In this document: positions 22,277 through 30,575 of the stretch, piece by piece
Numbering within the stretch: position 1 is the stretch's first letter
How the letters are laid out: each line of letters starts with the position of its first letter
Assembly (NCBI GenBank): GCA_016871855.1
Contig: VHBQ01000006.1
Location: forward strand, 6,103 to 70,102
Length of the DNA: 64,000 nt
From: Gemmatimonadota bacterium
GTDB taxonomy: Bacteria; Gemmatimonadota; Gemmatimonadetes; Gemmatimonadales; Gemmatimonadaceae
Direction of reading: 5' to 3'
The notes under the pieces: model-generated
Database searches by the model: none
Told to the model about the DNA's origin: nothing
Seen by the model: the letters and a program-made list of their open reading frames with translations, nothing else
Position numbers and translations under genes: made by a program

Positions 22277-23017
22277 GTGACCAGCGCCGCCCCCCTCCAG
22301 ACACGGCAGCTCGCACTCGATGCGCGGGGGGTCGCGCGTCGATTCGGAGCGCGGTGGATCCTGCGGGGCGTCAACCTCCAGGTGCAGGCCGGCGAGATGG
22401 TCGGCCTCCTTGGGCACAACGGCTGCGGCAAGAGCACGTTCATGCGCATCGTGGCCACGCTGCTCAAGCCCTCCGCCGGCGATTGCTTCGTGTACGGCGC
22501 AAACGTGAAGACCGAGGGCGACGACGTGCGCCACCACGTCGGTTTCTTCTCCCATATCCCCGGCCTCTACGACGACCTCACGGCGCGCGAGAACCTGGCC
22601 TTCGCCGCCACGATGCTCGGCTTCCCGGCCGCGGACATCGACGCCGCGCTCGAGCGCGTCGGGCTCACGCACGTGACGCACGAGCGCGTGCGCGGCTTCT
22701 CGGCCGGCATGCAGCGCCGCCTCTCGCTCGCCCGCCTCATCCTCCAGCGCCCGCGCCTCCTCCTGCTCGACGAGCCGTACAATAACCTCGACGTCGCCGG
22801 GATCGCGCTGATGAACTCGTTCATCCGCGAGCTCAACGCCGCCGGCGGCGCCGCCGTGGTCGTGTTGCACGACTTGGTGCCGGCGCAGGGCGTGCTCGAC
22901 CGCACGGTGATCATCCGCGACGGGCGCGTGCACGAGCCGCGCCCCGGCGACTTCGGCCACGACGGCGCCTCGCCGCAGGCCATCACGCTGCCGGCCGGCG
23001 CGGCGGGGATCTCCTGA
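22277..23017 (+). CDS. ccmA: heme exporter ATP-binding protein CcmA
   Basis: GTG start. Walker A is GHNGCGKST, the ABC signature is FSAGMQRRLSLA and Walker B is LLLLDEP. It is first in a ccm-ordered operon. Confidence 0.88.
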   Translation: MTSAAPLQTRQLALDARGVARRFGARWILRGVNLQVQAGEMVGLLGHNGCGKSTFMRIVATLLKPSAGDCFVYGANVKTEGDDVRHHVGFFSHIPGLYDDLTARENLAFAATMLGFPAADIDAALERVGLTHVTHERVRGFSAGMQRRLSLARLILQRPRLLLLDEPYNNLDVAGIALMNSFIRELNAAGGAAVVVLHDLVPAQGVLDRTVIIRDGRVHEPRPGDFGHDGASPQAITLPAGAAGIS

Positions 23018-23042
23018 TGACGCGCCACCCGAGGACCCGCTG

Positions 23043-23729
23043 ATGGCCTTCCGCGACGACATGCGCCGCATCCGCGCGATCGTGTGGAAGGACCTCACCA
23101 CCGAGCGGCGCTCGAAGGCGGGGTTCAATTCGGTCGTCTCGCTCGGCGTGACCATTCTCGTGCTCTTCGGCCTCGCCCTCGGCCCCGACGCGCAGGCGCT
23201 GCGCGACGCAGCCGCCGGCGCGCTCTGGCTGGCCGTGCTCTTCGCCGGCGTGCTCGCGTTCAATCGGTCGTACCAGGTGGAGCTCGACGGCGGGGCGCTC
23301 GAGGCGCTGCTGCTCTATCCGGGCGCGCGCTGGGCGATCTTCGCCGGCAAGCTGATCGCCAACCTGATCTTTGTGTCGCTGATGCTGGTGATCGTCGTCG
23401 CCGTCGGGCTGGTGCTCTTCGGCGTGCGCGTGCCGGCGCAGTGGCCGTCCCTGCTCGGCCTGATGATGCTCGGCGTCGTCGGCATCGTCGCGCTCGGTAC
23501 GTTCTACGCGGCGATGTCCAGCCGCAGTCGCGCGCGCGAGGTGCTGCTCCCGCTGCTGCTCTACCCGATGCTCATCCCCGTGCTTCTCGCCGCGATGATG
23601 GCGACCAAGCTGTTCCTGAGCGGCGACCTGATGAATGAACTGGGCACCTGGGTGAGCCTGCTCGGCGCGTTCGATGTGATCTTCCTTGTGGCGACCTTCC
23701 TGGCCTTTGAATACGTGATCGAGGTCTGA
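23043..23729 (+). CDS. ccmB: heme exporter membrane protein CcmB
   Basis: 228-aa six-helix membrane protein in the ccmB position. N-terminus IVWKDLTTERRSK is typical of CcmB. Confidence 0.85.
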   Translation: MAFRDDMRRIRAIVWKDLTTERRSKAGFNSVVSLGVTILVLFGLALGPDAQALRDAAAGALWLAVLFAGVLAFNRSYQVELDGGALEALLLYPGARWAIFAGKLIANLIFVSLMLVIVVAVGLVLFGVRVPAQWPSLLGLMMLGVVGIVALGTFYAAMSSRSRAREVLLPLLLYPMLIPVLLAAMMATKLFLSGDLMNELGTWVSLLGAFDVIFLVATFLAFEYVIEV

Positions 23730-23734
23730 CCGTC

Positions 23735-24448
23735 ATGTCCCGCAACGACACCACGCAGTTTGGTCCGCCCCGGCCGGCTCCCGCCTGGCTCGGGTGGGGC
23801 GCGCTGCTCTTCTTCCTCTTCACGCAGGTCTACGCCGTCGTCACGTCGCCCGCCGACGCGATGATGGGACACCTGCAGAAGATCCTCTACGTGCACGTGC
23901 CATCGGCGTGGGTGACCTTCGCCGCCTTCGGCGTCGTGCTCGTCGCGTCCATCCACTTTCTCTGGAAGGAGGACGAGCGCGCCGACCTGCTGGCGGCGGC
24001 GTCGGCGGAGGTGGGGGCGATGTTCTGCGGCCTCACCCTGATCCAGGGGATGCTCTGGGGGCGCCCGACCTGGGGAGTCTGGTGGTCGTGGGACGCGCGG
24101 CTCACGAGCACGCTGGTGCTCTTCCTGATCTTTGTGGGGTATCTCGCCCTGCGGTCGTTCGTGGAGGATCCGCACCGGCGCGGCCAGTGGAGCGCGGCCG
24201 TCGGCATCCTCGGCGCGATCAACGTGCCGATCGTCTGGATGTCGGTGCGGTGGTGGCGCACGCTGCACCAGATCCAGAGCGACCCGCGCGAGGTGGCCCC
24301 GGTGTTCCTGCGCGGATGGCTGCTGAACGTCGCTGCGTTCTCGCTGATCGCGGTGTGGTTCATCTGGAAGCGATACGAGGCCGCGCGGTACGAGCGCGCG
24401 GCCGAGCACGCGGCGCAAGCGGCCGCGCTGGGAGGCAACAATGGGTAG
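23735..24448 (+). CDS. ccmC: heme exporter protein CcmC
   Basis: 237 aa. The tryptophan-rich WGRPTWGVWWSWDARL motif is diagnostic of CcmC/CcmF heme-handling proteins. Confidence 0.9.
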   Translation: MSRNDTTQFGPPRPAPAWLGWGALLFFLFTQVYAVVTSPADAMMGHLQKILYVHVPSAWVTFAAFGVVLVASIHFLWKEDERADLLAAASAEVGAMFCGLTLIQGMLWGRPTWGVWWSWDARLTSTLVLFLIFVGYLALRSFVEDPHRRGQWSAAVGILGAINVPIVWMSVRWWRTLHQIQSDPREVAPVFLRGWLLNVAAFSLIAVWFIWKRYEAARYERAAEHAAQAAALGGNNG

Positions 24449-24599
24449 CCCCATCGAACACGGCGGGATCGAGTTCGTGGTGGCGGCGTACGTCATCACG
24501 TGGGTGGTGCTGGGAGCCATGCTGACGCGCCTGATTGGCGCCGTTCGCCGCGCCCGGACAGAATACCAGCAGGCGTCAAAGGGAGAGTTCAGGACATGA
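24441..24599 (+). CDS. ccmD: CcmD-like small membrane protein (52 aa; below the ORF-track length cutoff)
   Basis: Hand translation: MGSPIEHGGIEFVVAAYVITWVVLGAMLTRLIGAVRRARTEYQQASKGEFRT. It has one TM helix then a basic tail. The start overlaps the ccmC stop by 8 nt and the stop overlaps the ccmE start (ATGA). Confidence 0.7.
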   Translation: MGSPIEHGGIEFVVAAYVITWVVLGAMLTRLIGAVRRARTEYQQASKGEFRT

Positions 24600-25048
24600 C
24601 CATGAAACGGAGCAAGTGGGGCGCGCTGGCGGCGGTGGGCGTGCTCGTGATGGCCTTCGGCTGGCTGATCTACGGCGGCCTCGACAGCAACGTCGTCTAC
24701 TTCCTGACGCCCAAGGAGCTCGCGGCGAAGGGCGTGGAGGGGATGGACAAGCCCGTGCGCCTCGGCGGCCAGGTGAAGCCTGGCTCCGTCGTCTGGGACG
24801 AGAAGGCGCTCGACCTGCGCTTCACCGTCACCGACGGGACGAGCGAAATCGCCGTGCACTCGAAGGGCGCGCCGCCGCAGATGTTCAAGGACGGACAGGG
24901 CGTGGTCATCGAGGGGCGCTACGGCAAGGACAGCGTCTTCAAGAGCACCAGCCTGATGGTCAAGCACTCCAACGAGTACAAGGCGCCGGAAAAGGGTGAA
25001 CGCCCCTCGGAGATGTACAAGTCCCTTATGAAGAGCTCCGGGTCATGA
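24596..25048 (+). CDS. ccmE: cytochrome c-type biogenesis heme chaperone CcmE
   Basis: N-terminal anchor followed by NVVYFLTPKEL...VRLGGQV and the C-terminal heme-binding His context MVKHSNEYKAPE. ATG 24596 chosen over the track start 24500. Confidence 0.88.
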   Translation: MTMKRSKWGALAAVGVLVMAFGWLIYGGLDSNVVYFLTPKELAAKGVEGMDKPVRLGGQVKPGSVVWDEKALDLRFTVTDGTSEIAVHSKGAPPQMFKDGQGVVIEGRYGKDSVFKSTSLMVKHSNEYKAPEKGERPSEMYKSLMKSSGS

Positions 25049-27048
25049 CCCGCCTGCTTGCCTACAACGCCATCATCGTCGCGACCGCGATCTCACTGCT
25101 CGGCGCCGTGTTGCTCCCCGTGGCCATCCGCCGCGGGCGGCGCGACTGGCTGACGCTGGGCTACGCGGCGGTCTACACCAACTTCGTGCTCGTGACCGTC
25201 GCCACGCTGGCCCTCGTCTGGGGGCTCGTGACGCACGACTTCAGCATCTCCTACGTCGCGCAGGTCGGAAGCCGCGCCACGCCGCTGTTCTTCACGGTCA
25301 TCTCGTTGTGGGGCGCCCTGGAGGGCTCCATCGTCTTTTGGGCCTGGGTGCTCGCGCTGTACGGTGCGGCGGCGGTCTACTTCAACCGCGGGCGTGAGGG
25401 GCACCTCGTCCCGTACGCGGCGGTCACGCTGCTGCTGGTGTCGCTCTTCTTCCATGTCCTGCTGCTGGGTCCGGCCAATCCGTTCCAGCCGGTCTTCCCG
25501 GTGCCCTTCGACGGCCCCGGGCCCAACCCACTGCTGCAGAACCACATCCTGATGGCGGTGCACCCGCCGTTGCTGTACCTGGGCTACGTGGGCTTCACCG
25601 TGCCGTTTGCCTTCGCCGTGGGCGCGATGCTCTCCGGTGAGGTGGCGAGCGACGACTGGATCCGCCTCGGACGTCGCTGGACCGTGGCGTCGTGGGGCTT
25701 CCTGACGGCCGCGATCGTGGCGGGCATGTGGTGGTCGTACGAGGTGCTTGGCTGGGGCGGCTACTGGGCGTGGGATCCCGTGGAGAACGCCTCGTTCATT
25801 CCATGGCTCACGGCCACCGCGTACCTGCATTCCGTGATGGTGCAGGAGCGGCGCGGGATGCTGAAGCTGTGGAACCTGAACCTGATGGTCGGCACGTTCG
25901 TGCTCACCATTCTCGGCACGTTCCTCACGCGCTCGGGGATCATCTCGTCGGTGCACGCGTTCACGACGGGGACGATCGGCTACTACTTCCTCGCTTTCAT
26001 CGGCATCGTGCTCGTTGCCGCGCTGTTCATGGTCGCCGGCAACAGCGACCGGCTCGCCTCGGAGGGGCGCCTCGACGCGCCGCTGTCGCGCGAGACGGCG
26101 TTCCTCGTGCAGAACCTGCTCTTCACCGCGTTCATGTTCACGGTGCTGATCGGCACGCTCTTCCCGCTGGTGGCCGAGGCGGCGCGCGGCGTGAAGGTGA
26201 GCGTTGGGGAGCCGTTCTTCAACAAGATGTCGCTGCCGCTCATGGTGGCGTTGCTCTTCCTGATGGGAGTCGGCCCGGCGCTGCCGTGGCGCAAGGCGGC
26301 GGGTGAGGAGCTGAAGGGACGGCTGTTGCCCGGCATCGTGCTCGGCGTACTGTTCGCCATCGGCGTCGTGGCGGCCGGCGGCCGCGGCGCGTACTCGGTG
26401 CTCGCCTTCCTGTTTGCGGGCTTCGCGCTCGGCACCAACCTGCAGGAGTTCGTGCGCGGCGCCAACGCCCGCGTGAAGGCGCATGGCGAGTCGTTCGTGA
26501 TGGCGCTGGTCCGGCTGGTCGCGGCGAACCGTCGCCGATACGGCGGCTACACCGCCCACATCGGCGTCATAATGGTCGCGGTCGGCATCGCCGCGTCGAG
26601 CACCTTCAAGACGGAGCAGGAGGCGACGCTCACGCCGGGTCAGACGATGACCGTGGCCGGCCACACCCTGCGCTTCAAGAACGCGTGGGGACGGCAGGAG
26701 AAGCAGCGCGAGGTGATCGGCGCCACGATGGAGTGGATGGATGGCGACCGCGTGCGGGCACAGATCGAACCGCGCATGAACTACTATCCCACGCAGCAGG
26801 AGCCGGTGCCGACCCCGGACGTGCGCAGCACGCTGCGCGGCGACATCTATCTGAGCCTGATGGCGTTCAAGGCGGATGGATCCAACGTGACGGTCAAGGT
26901 GATCTGGGAGCCGCTGGTGCCATGGATCTGGATCGGCGGCATGGTGGTGTGCTTGGGGGCAATCGTCGGCGCCTGGCCGGGTGGGCGTGAGCGGGGGCGC
27001 GCGGTAGCGACGCCGGCGGCCCCGGCGCTTGCGGAGGGCCAGCCGTGA
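25045..27048 (+). CDS. ccmF: cytochrome c heme lyase subunit CcmF
   Basis: 667-aa polytopic protein with the W-rich motif WGGYWAWDPVENASFIPWL. Confidence 0.92.
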   Translation: MTRLLAYNAIIVATAISLLGAVLLPVAIRRGRRDWLTLGYAAVYTNFVLVTVATLALVWGLVTHDFSISYVAQVGSRATPLFFTVISLWGALEGSIVFWAWVLALYGAAAVYFNRGREGHLVPYAAVTLLLVSLFFHVLLLGPANPFQPVFPVPFDGPGPNPLLQNHILMAVHPPLLYLGYVGFTVPFAFAVGAMLSGEVASDDWIRLGRRWTVASWGFLTAAIVAGMWWSYEVLGWGGYWAWDPVENASFIPWLTATAYLHSVMVQERRGMLKLWNLNLMVGTFVLTILGTFLTRSGIISSVHAFTTGTIGYYFLAFIGIVLVAALFMVAGNSDRLASEGRLDAPLSRETAFLVQNLLFTAFMFTVLIGTLFPLVAEAARGVKVSVGEPFFNKMSLPLMVALLFLMGVGPALPWRKAAGEELKGRLLPGIVLGVLFAIGVVAAGGRGAYSVLAFLFAGFALGTNLQEFVRGANARVKAHGESFVMALVRLVAANRRRYGGYTAHIGVIMVAVGIAASSTFKTEQEATLTPGQTMTVAGHTLRFKNAWGRQEKQREVIGATMEWMDGDRVRAQIEPRMNYYPTQQEPVPTPDVRSTLRGDIYLSLMAFKADGSNVTVKVIWEPLVPWIWIGGMVVCLGAIVGAWPGGRERGRAVATPAAPALAEGQP

Positions 27049-27671
27049 ACTGGAAGCGCGCGACGATCGCCGCGGCCAGCGCGGCGCCGGTCATTGGGTT
27101 GTTCGCTTGGGGACTGACCCGCGACCCGAACAACATTCCGTCCCCGCTCCCCGGCCGTGCGGCGCCGCAGTTCGCGCTGCAGGTCTTCGCGCCGGGACAG
27201 GCGGCGCTCTCGCGCCCGGTCGGCGACACCGTCCGCCTCGCCGACCTGCGCGGCAAGGTGGTGGTGCTGAACTTCTGGGCCTCGTGGTGCCTCGCGTGCC
27301 GCGACGAGCATGCCGCGCTATCCGACGTCGCCGCGACCTACGCGGGCCAGCCGGTGCAGTTCCTCGGCGTGCTCTACAACGACGTCCCCGACAAGGGGAG
27401 CGCCTGGATCGCCGAAATGGGCGGACAGACCTATCCGTCGGTCGATGACCCCGGCGCGCGCACGGCGATCGACTACGGGCTCTACGGCGTGCCGGAAACG
27501 TTCTTTCTCGACGCGACCGGCCGCGTGGCGTACAAGCACACCGGGCCGGTGACGCCCGCGGTGGTGCGATTCAAGGTGGACTCGCTGATGGCGGCGGCGG
27601 CCGCGCCCGCGGCACCGGCGGGTGCGCCGAGTGGTGACACGGCGGCAGCCTCGAAGGGAGGGGCACGATGA
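27045..27671 (+). CDS. ccmG: thiol:disulfide oxidoreductase CcmG/DsbE (TlpA-like thioredoxin fold)
   Basis: The active site is VVLNFWASWCLACRDE, and YGVPETFFLD is the DsbE motif. GTG start overlaps the ccmF stop. Confidence 0.88.
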   Translation: MNWKRATIAAASAAPVIGLFAWGLTRDPNNIPSPLPGRAAPQFALQVFAPGQAALSRPVGDTVRLADLRGKVVVLNFWASWCLACRDEHAALSDVAATYAGQPVQFLGVLYNDVPDKGSAWIAEMGGQTYPSVDDPGARTAIDYGLYGVPETFFLDATGRVAYKHTGPVTPAVVRFKVDSLMAAAAAPAAPAGAPSGDTAAASKGGAR

Positions 27672-28225
27672 TTTGGCACCGGAGACTCTCGCGTGGCCTG
27701 ACGGCGCTCGCCGCCGCGGCTGCGCTTGGCGCGCTGTCGCTTGGCGCAATCTCGCCCCGCGGGCTCGGCGCGCAGGCGCCCGAGCTGCCCGCCGCGCCGC
27801 AGGGGGCGCCGCAGGACACTGGGGCGTTGCGCGTGCAGGTGCAGGGGACGCTGACCGACGCGCAGAAGAACGATCCCGCGCTCGACCGGCTGACGTCCTC
27901 AGTGGCCGCGCAGCTGCGCTGCCCCGTCTGCCAGGGCGTCTCGATCCAAGATTCGCCCTCGGAGCTCGCGCAGCAGATGCGCACGGTGGTGAAGGAACAG
28001 CTTGCCTCGGGCAAGTCGCCCGACGAGGTAAAGGACTACTTCATCTCGAAGTACGGCGAGTGGATCCTGCTCGAGCCCAAGGCGTCGGGCTTCAACCTGC
28101 TCGTCTATGCGCTCCCGTGGGTGCTCGTCGCGGGCGGACTCGTCTTCCTCGCGTTCGTCGTAAAGAAGTGGACGTCGGCGCAGCCGGCGACGGCGGGGGG
28201 CGCCGCTAGGGCGGATGACGACTGA
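27668..28225 (+). CDS. ccmH: cytochrome c-type biogenesis protein CcmH (NrfF-like)
   Basis: LRCPVCQGVSIQDSPSELA is the CcmH CxxC motif, followed by a C-terminal TM helix. The start overlaps the ccmG stop (ATGA). Confidence 0.88.
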   Translation: MIWHRRLSRGLTALAAAAALGALSLGAISPRGLGAQAPELPAAPQGAPQDTGALRVQVQGTLTDAQKNDPALDRLTSSVAAQLRCPVCQGVSIQDSPSELAQQMRTVVKEQLASGKSPDEVKDYFISKYGEWILLEPKASGFNLLVYALPWVLVAGGLVFLAFVVKKWTSAQPATAGGAARADDD

Positions 28226-28282
28226 CCCACCGCGATCCTCCGTCGCCACCGGTGGACGGCGACTGGACGGTCGTTCCGCGCG

Positions 28283-29734
28283 CTAGCCGCGGTCGGCAGG
28301 CGCGCTGGCGGGAAACGCAAGCGTCGCTGCAGTCCCCGTGCCGGGCGCGCTGTCGATGGTGGCCTCGCCGCCGTGGAGTCGCATGATGGACTGCACGATG
28401 GCCAGGCCAAGGCCCGCGCCCTCGGTCCGCGCATCGTCACCGCGAAAGAAGCGTTCGAAGACGCGCGGCAGGTGCTCCGCCGCAATGCCGACGCCCGTGT
28501 CACGCACGATGATGTGGGCGCCTCCGTCGGGTTGCGGGCGCGCCTCCATGTGCACGTGATCGCCGGCTGTCGTGTGCTTGAGCGCATTCGCCAGGAGATT
28601 GCTCACGGCGCGTCGCACGAGCACCGGATCGCCGGTCACCGTCGCCTCGCCCTCGCACCGCACCGAGACGCCACGCTCCGCGGAAAGCGCCTCGTAGAAC
28701 TCGCGGACCGCGTCCATTTCCCGACGCACTCCAAACGTGGTGCGTTCAATCGCCAGATGCGGATCCTCGGCGCGCGCAATGAACAGCAGGCCGTCGATCA
28801 GACGTGAGAGGCGGTCCAGCTCCTCAAGGTTCGAGCCCAGCGTCTGCTGGTACTCCTCCGTCGTCCGCGTTCGGGACAGCGCGACCTCTGCGTTGCCGCG
28901 AAGGTTGTTGATGGGATTGCGCAGCGCGTGCGCCAGGTCCGCGGCGAACTGCGAGAGGCGCGCGAACGCATCTCCAAGGCGCGCGAGCATCTGGTCAAAA
29001 TCGTGGGCGAGGCCCCGCAGCTCCGCGGGCCAGGGGCGTGCCGACAGCGGCGGCAGGTCGAGACGGCTGGCGTTGATGAGGCGCGCCCGGTCGGTGATCT
29101 CGTGTATTGGCCGGACCGCGAGGCGCGCGAGCAGCAGCGTGCCGAGTGCCGACACCAGCACGCCGATGCTCAGGACCCAGGCGAGCAGGCGGGCGTAGCG
29201 CCGCAACATCGCACGGGTGCGTTCGACGTCGAACGCCACCTGGATGACCACGCGCTCGGACTCTCCAAGAGCGCTCGCCCGATGGGCGCCGAGCAGGAAC
29301 CGCCGGTCACTGCTCCAATCGCACTCGGCGCAGCCCAGCGAGGCGGCTTCGGACGGCAAGGGTGTGGGGAAGGCCCCCACCGGGAGCGCCGCCGGCATGC
29401 CGGGCGTCTCGTGCGCCACGCGTCCGGAGGGTTCAACGATTCGCAGGAAGTAGCTGAGCGGTCCCCCTTCACCGGCCTCATGCTCGATCTCGCTCTCGAT
29501 CGCCTCGGCCGTCAGAGGGTACGTGGCCACGAGGTGCTCAAGGACTGCTAGCTTGCTGGCGACGAGCTTCGCGTCCTGCTGTCGGAGCTCACGGGCGAGC
29601 CCCCAGTAGAGAACGCCGCCAACGATCGCCAGAATGACCAGGGTCTTGACGGCATTGGCGGCGGAGAGCCGTCCCGTGATCGACCACCGGCGGACCGGTG
29701 GGGGCGTCCCAGGTTCAGTTTTCGTCGAGAACAT
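28283..29734 (-). CDS. heavy-metal-type sensor histidine kinase (CusS-like; two TM helices + HAMP + HisKA + HATPase)
   Basis: 483 aa. The N-terminus [24 protein letters not shown]...[20 protein letters not shown] follows the CusS-family pattern. H-box is [16 protein letters not shown] and the G2 box is [12 protein letters not shown]. Confidence 0.8.
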   Translation of the reverse strand: MFSTKTEPGTPPPVRRWSITGRLSAANAVKTLVILAIVGGVLYWGLARELRQQDAKLVASKLAVLEHLVATYPLTAEAIESEIEHEAGEGGPLSYFLRIVEPSGRVAHETPGMPAALPVGAFPTPLPSEAASLGCAECDWSSDRRFLLGAHRASALGESERVVIQVAFDVERTRAMLRRYARLLAWVLSIGVLVSALGTLLLARLAVRPIHEITDRARLINASRLDLPPLSARPWPAELRGLAHDFDQMLARLGDAFARLSQFAADLAHALRNPINNLRGNAEVALSRTRTTEEYQQTLGSNLEELDRLSRLIDGLLFIARAEDPHLAIERTTFGVRREMDAVREFYEALSAERGVSVRCEGEATVTGDPVLVRRAVSNLLANALKHTTAGDHVHMEARPQPDGGAHIIVRDTGVGIAAEHLPRVFERFFRGDDARTEGAGLGLAIVQSIMRLHGGEATIDSAPGTGTAATLAFPASAPADRG

Positions 29735-30386
29735 ACCCGACCCCGCGGACGGTGCGAACCAGCTTGTGGTCGTACGGATCGTCCACCTTGGCCCGCAGGC
29801 GCCGGATGGCGACGTCCACCACGTTGGTGTCGCTGTCGAAGTGCATCTCCCAGACCAGCTCGGAGATGAGCGTCCTCGAGAGCACCTCGCCGCGGCGGCG
29901 CACGAGCAGCGTCAAGAGCGCGAACTCCTTGGGCGTCAGGTCGAGCCGTTGCCCGGCGCGCGCGGCCCGATGACGCGGAAGGTCGAGCTCGAGGTCCCCA
30001 ACCGTCAAGACGTCGGGCTGACGCGCCGGACCGCGGCGCAGGATGGAACGGACGCGCGCCAGCAGCTCGGAGAACGCGAAGGGCTTCACCAGGTAGTCGT
30101 CGGCGCCGGCCTCCAGCCCCTTCACCCGATCGCTCACCGCGTCGCGGGCCGTCAGGAACAGCACGGGCGTCTCGCGGCCGGCGCGCCGGAGCGACGCGAG
30201 CACAGACCAACCGTCGCGCCGTGGAAGGCCCACGTCGAGCACGACGAGATCGTACGCCCCTTCCATCGCCAGGTGCAGCCCGTCGTCACCGTTGTTGGCG
30301 AGGTCCACCACGAAGCCGGCCTCCGTCAGTCCCTGATGCAGGTACTCGGCGGCTTTGTGTTCGTCTTCGACAATGAGGATGCGCAT
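29715..30386 (-). CDS. heavy-metal-type OmpR-family response regulator (CusR/CopR-like)
   Basis: [55 protein letters not shown]...[26 protein letters not shown] closely parallels E. coli CusR as I recall it. Internal ATG 30386 preferred to the track start 30449. The gene overlaps the kinase gene by 20 nt. Confidence 0.85.
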   Translation of the reverse strand: MRILIVEDEHKAAEYLHQGLTEAGFVVDLANNGDDGLHLAMEGAYDLVVLDVGLPRRDGWSVLASLRRAGRETPVLFLTARDAVSDRVKGLEAGADDYLVKPFAFSELLARVRSILRRGPARQPDVLTVGDLELDLPRHRAARAGQRLDLTPKEFALLTLLVRRRGEVLSRTLISELVWEMHFDSDTNVVDVAIRRLRAKVDDPYDHKLVRTVRGVGYVLDEN

Positions 30387-30575
30387 AAGAGCGTCCATGG
30401 CGTGACGGGCCGGCGCACTTCTCGGCGAACCAAGCCGCGAAGCACGCACGGCCGGCGAGGCGCAGGAGTCGCCCGCCGACCGTGCGATGCCGTCCCAATC
30501 TAGCGGCCGTCCAGGGATCCGGAGAAGCGGTGGAGGAACCTCAGCTCCTTCACCCTGAACGGACCGCCGATGGGT

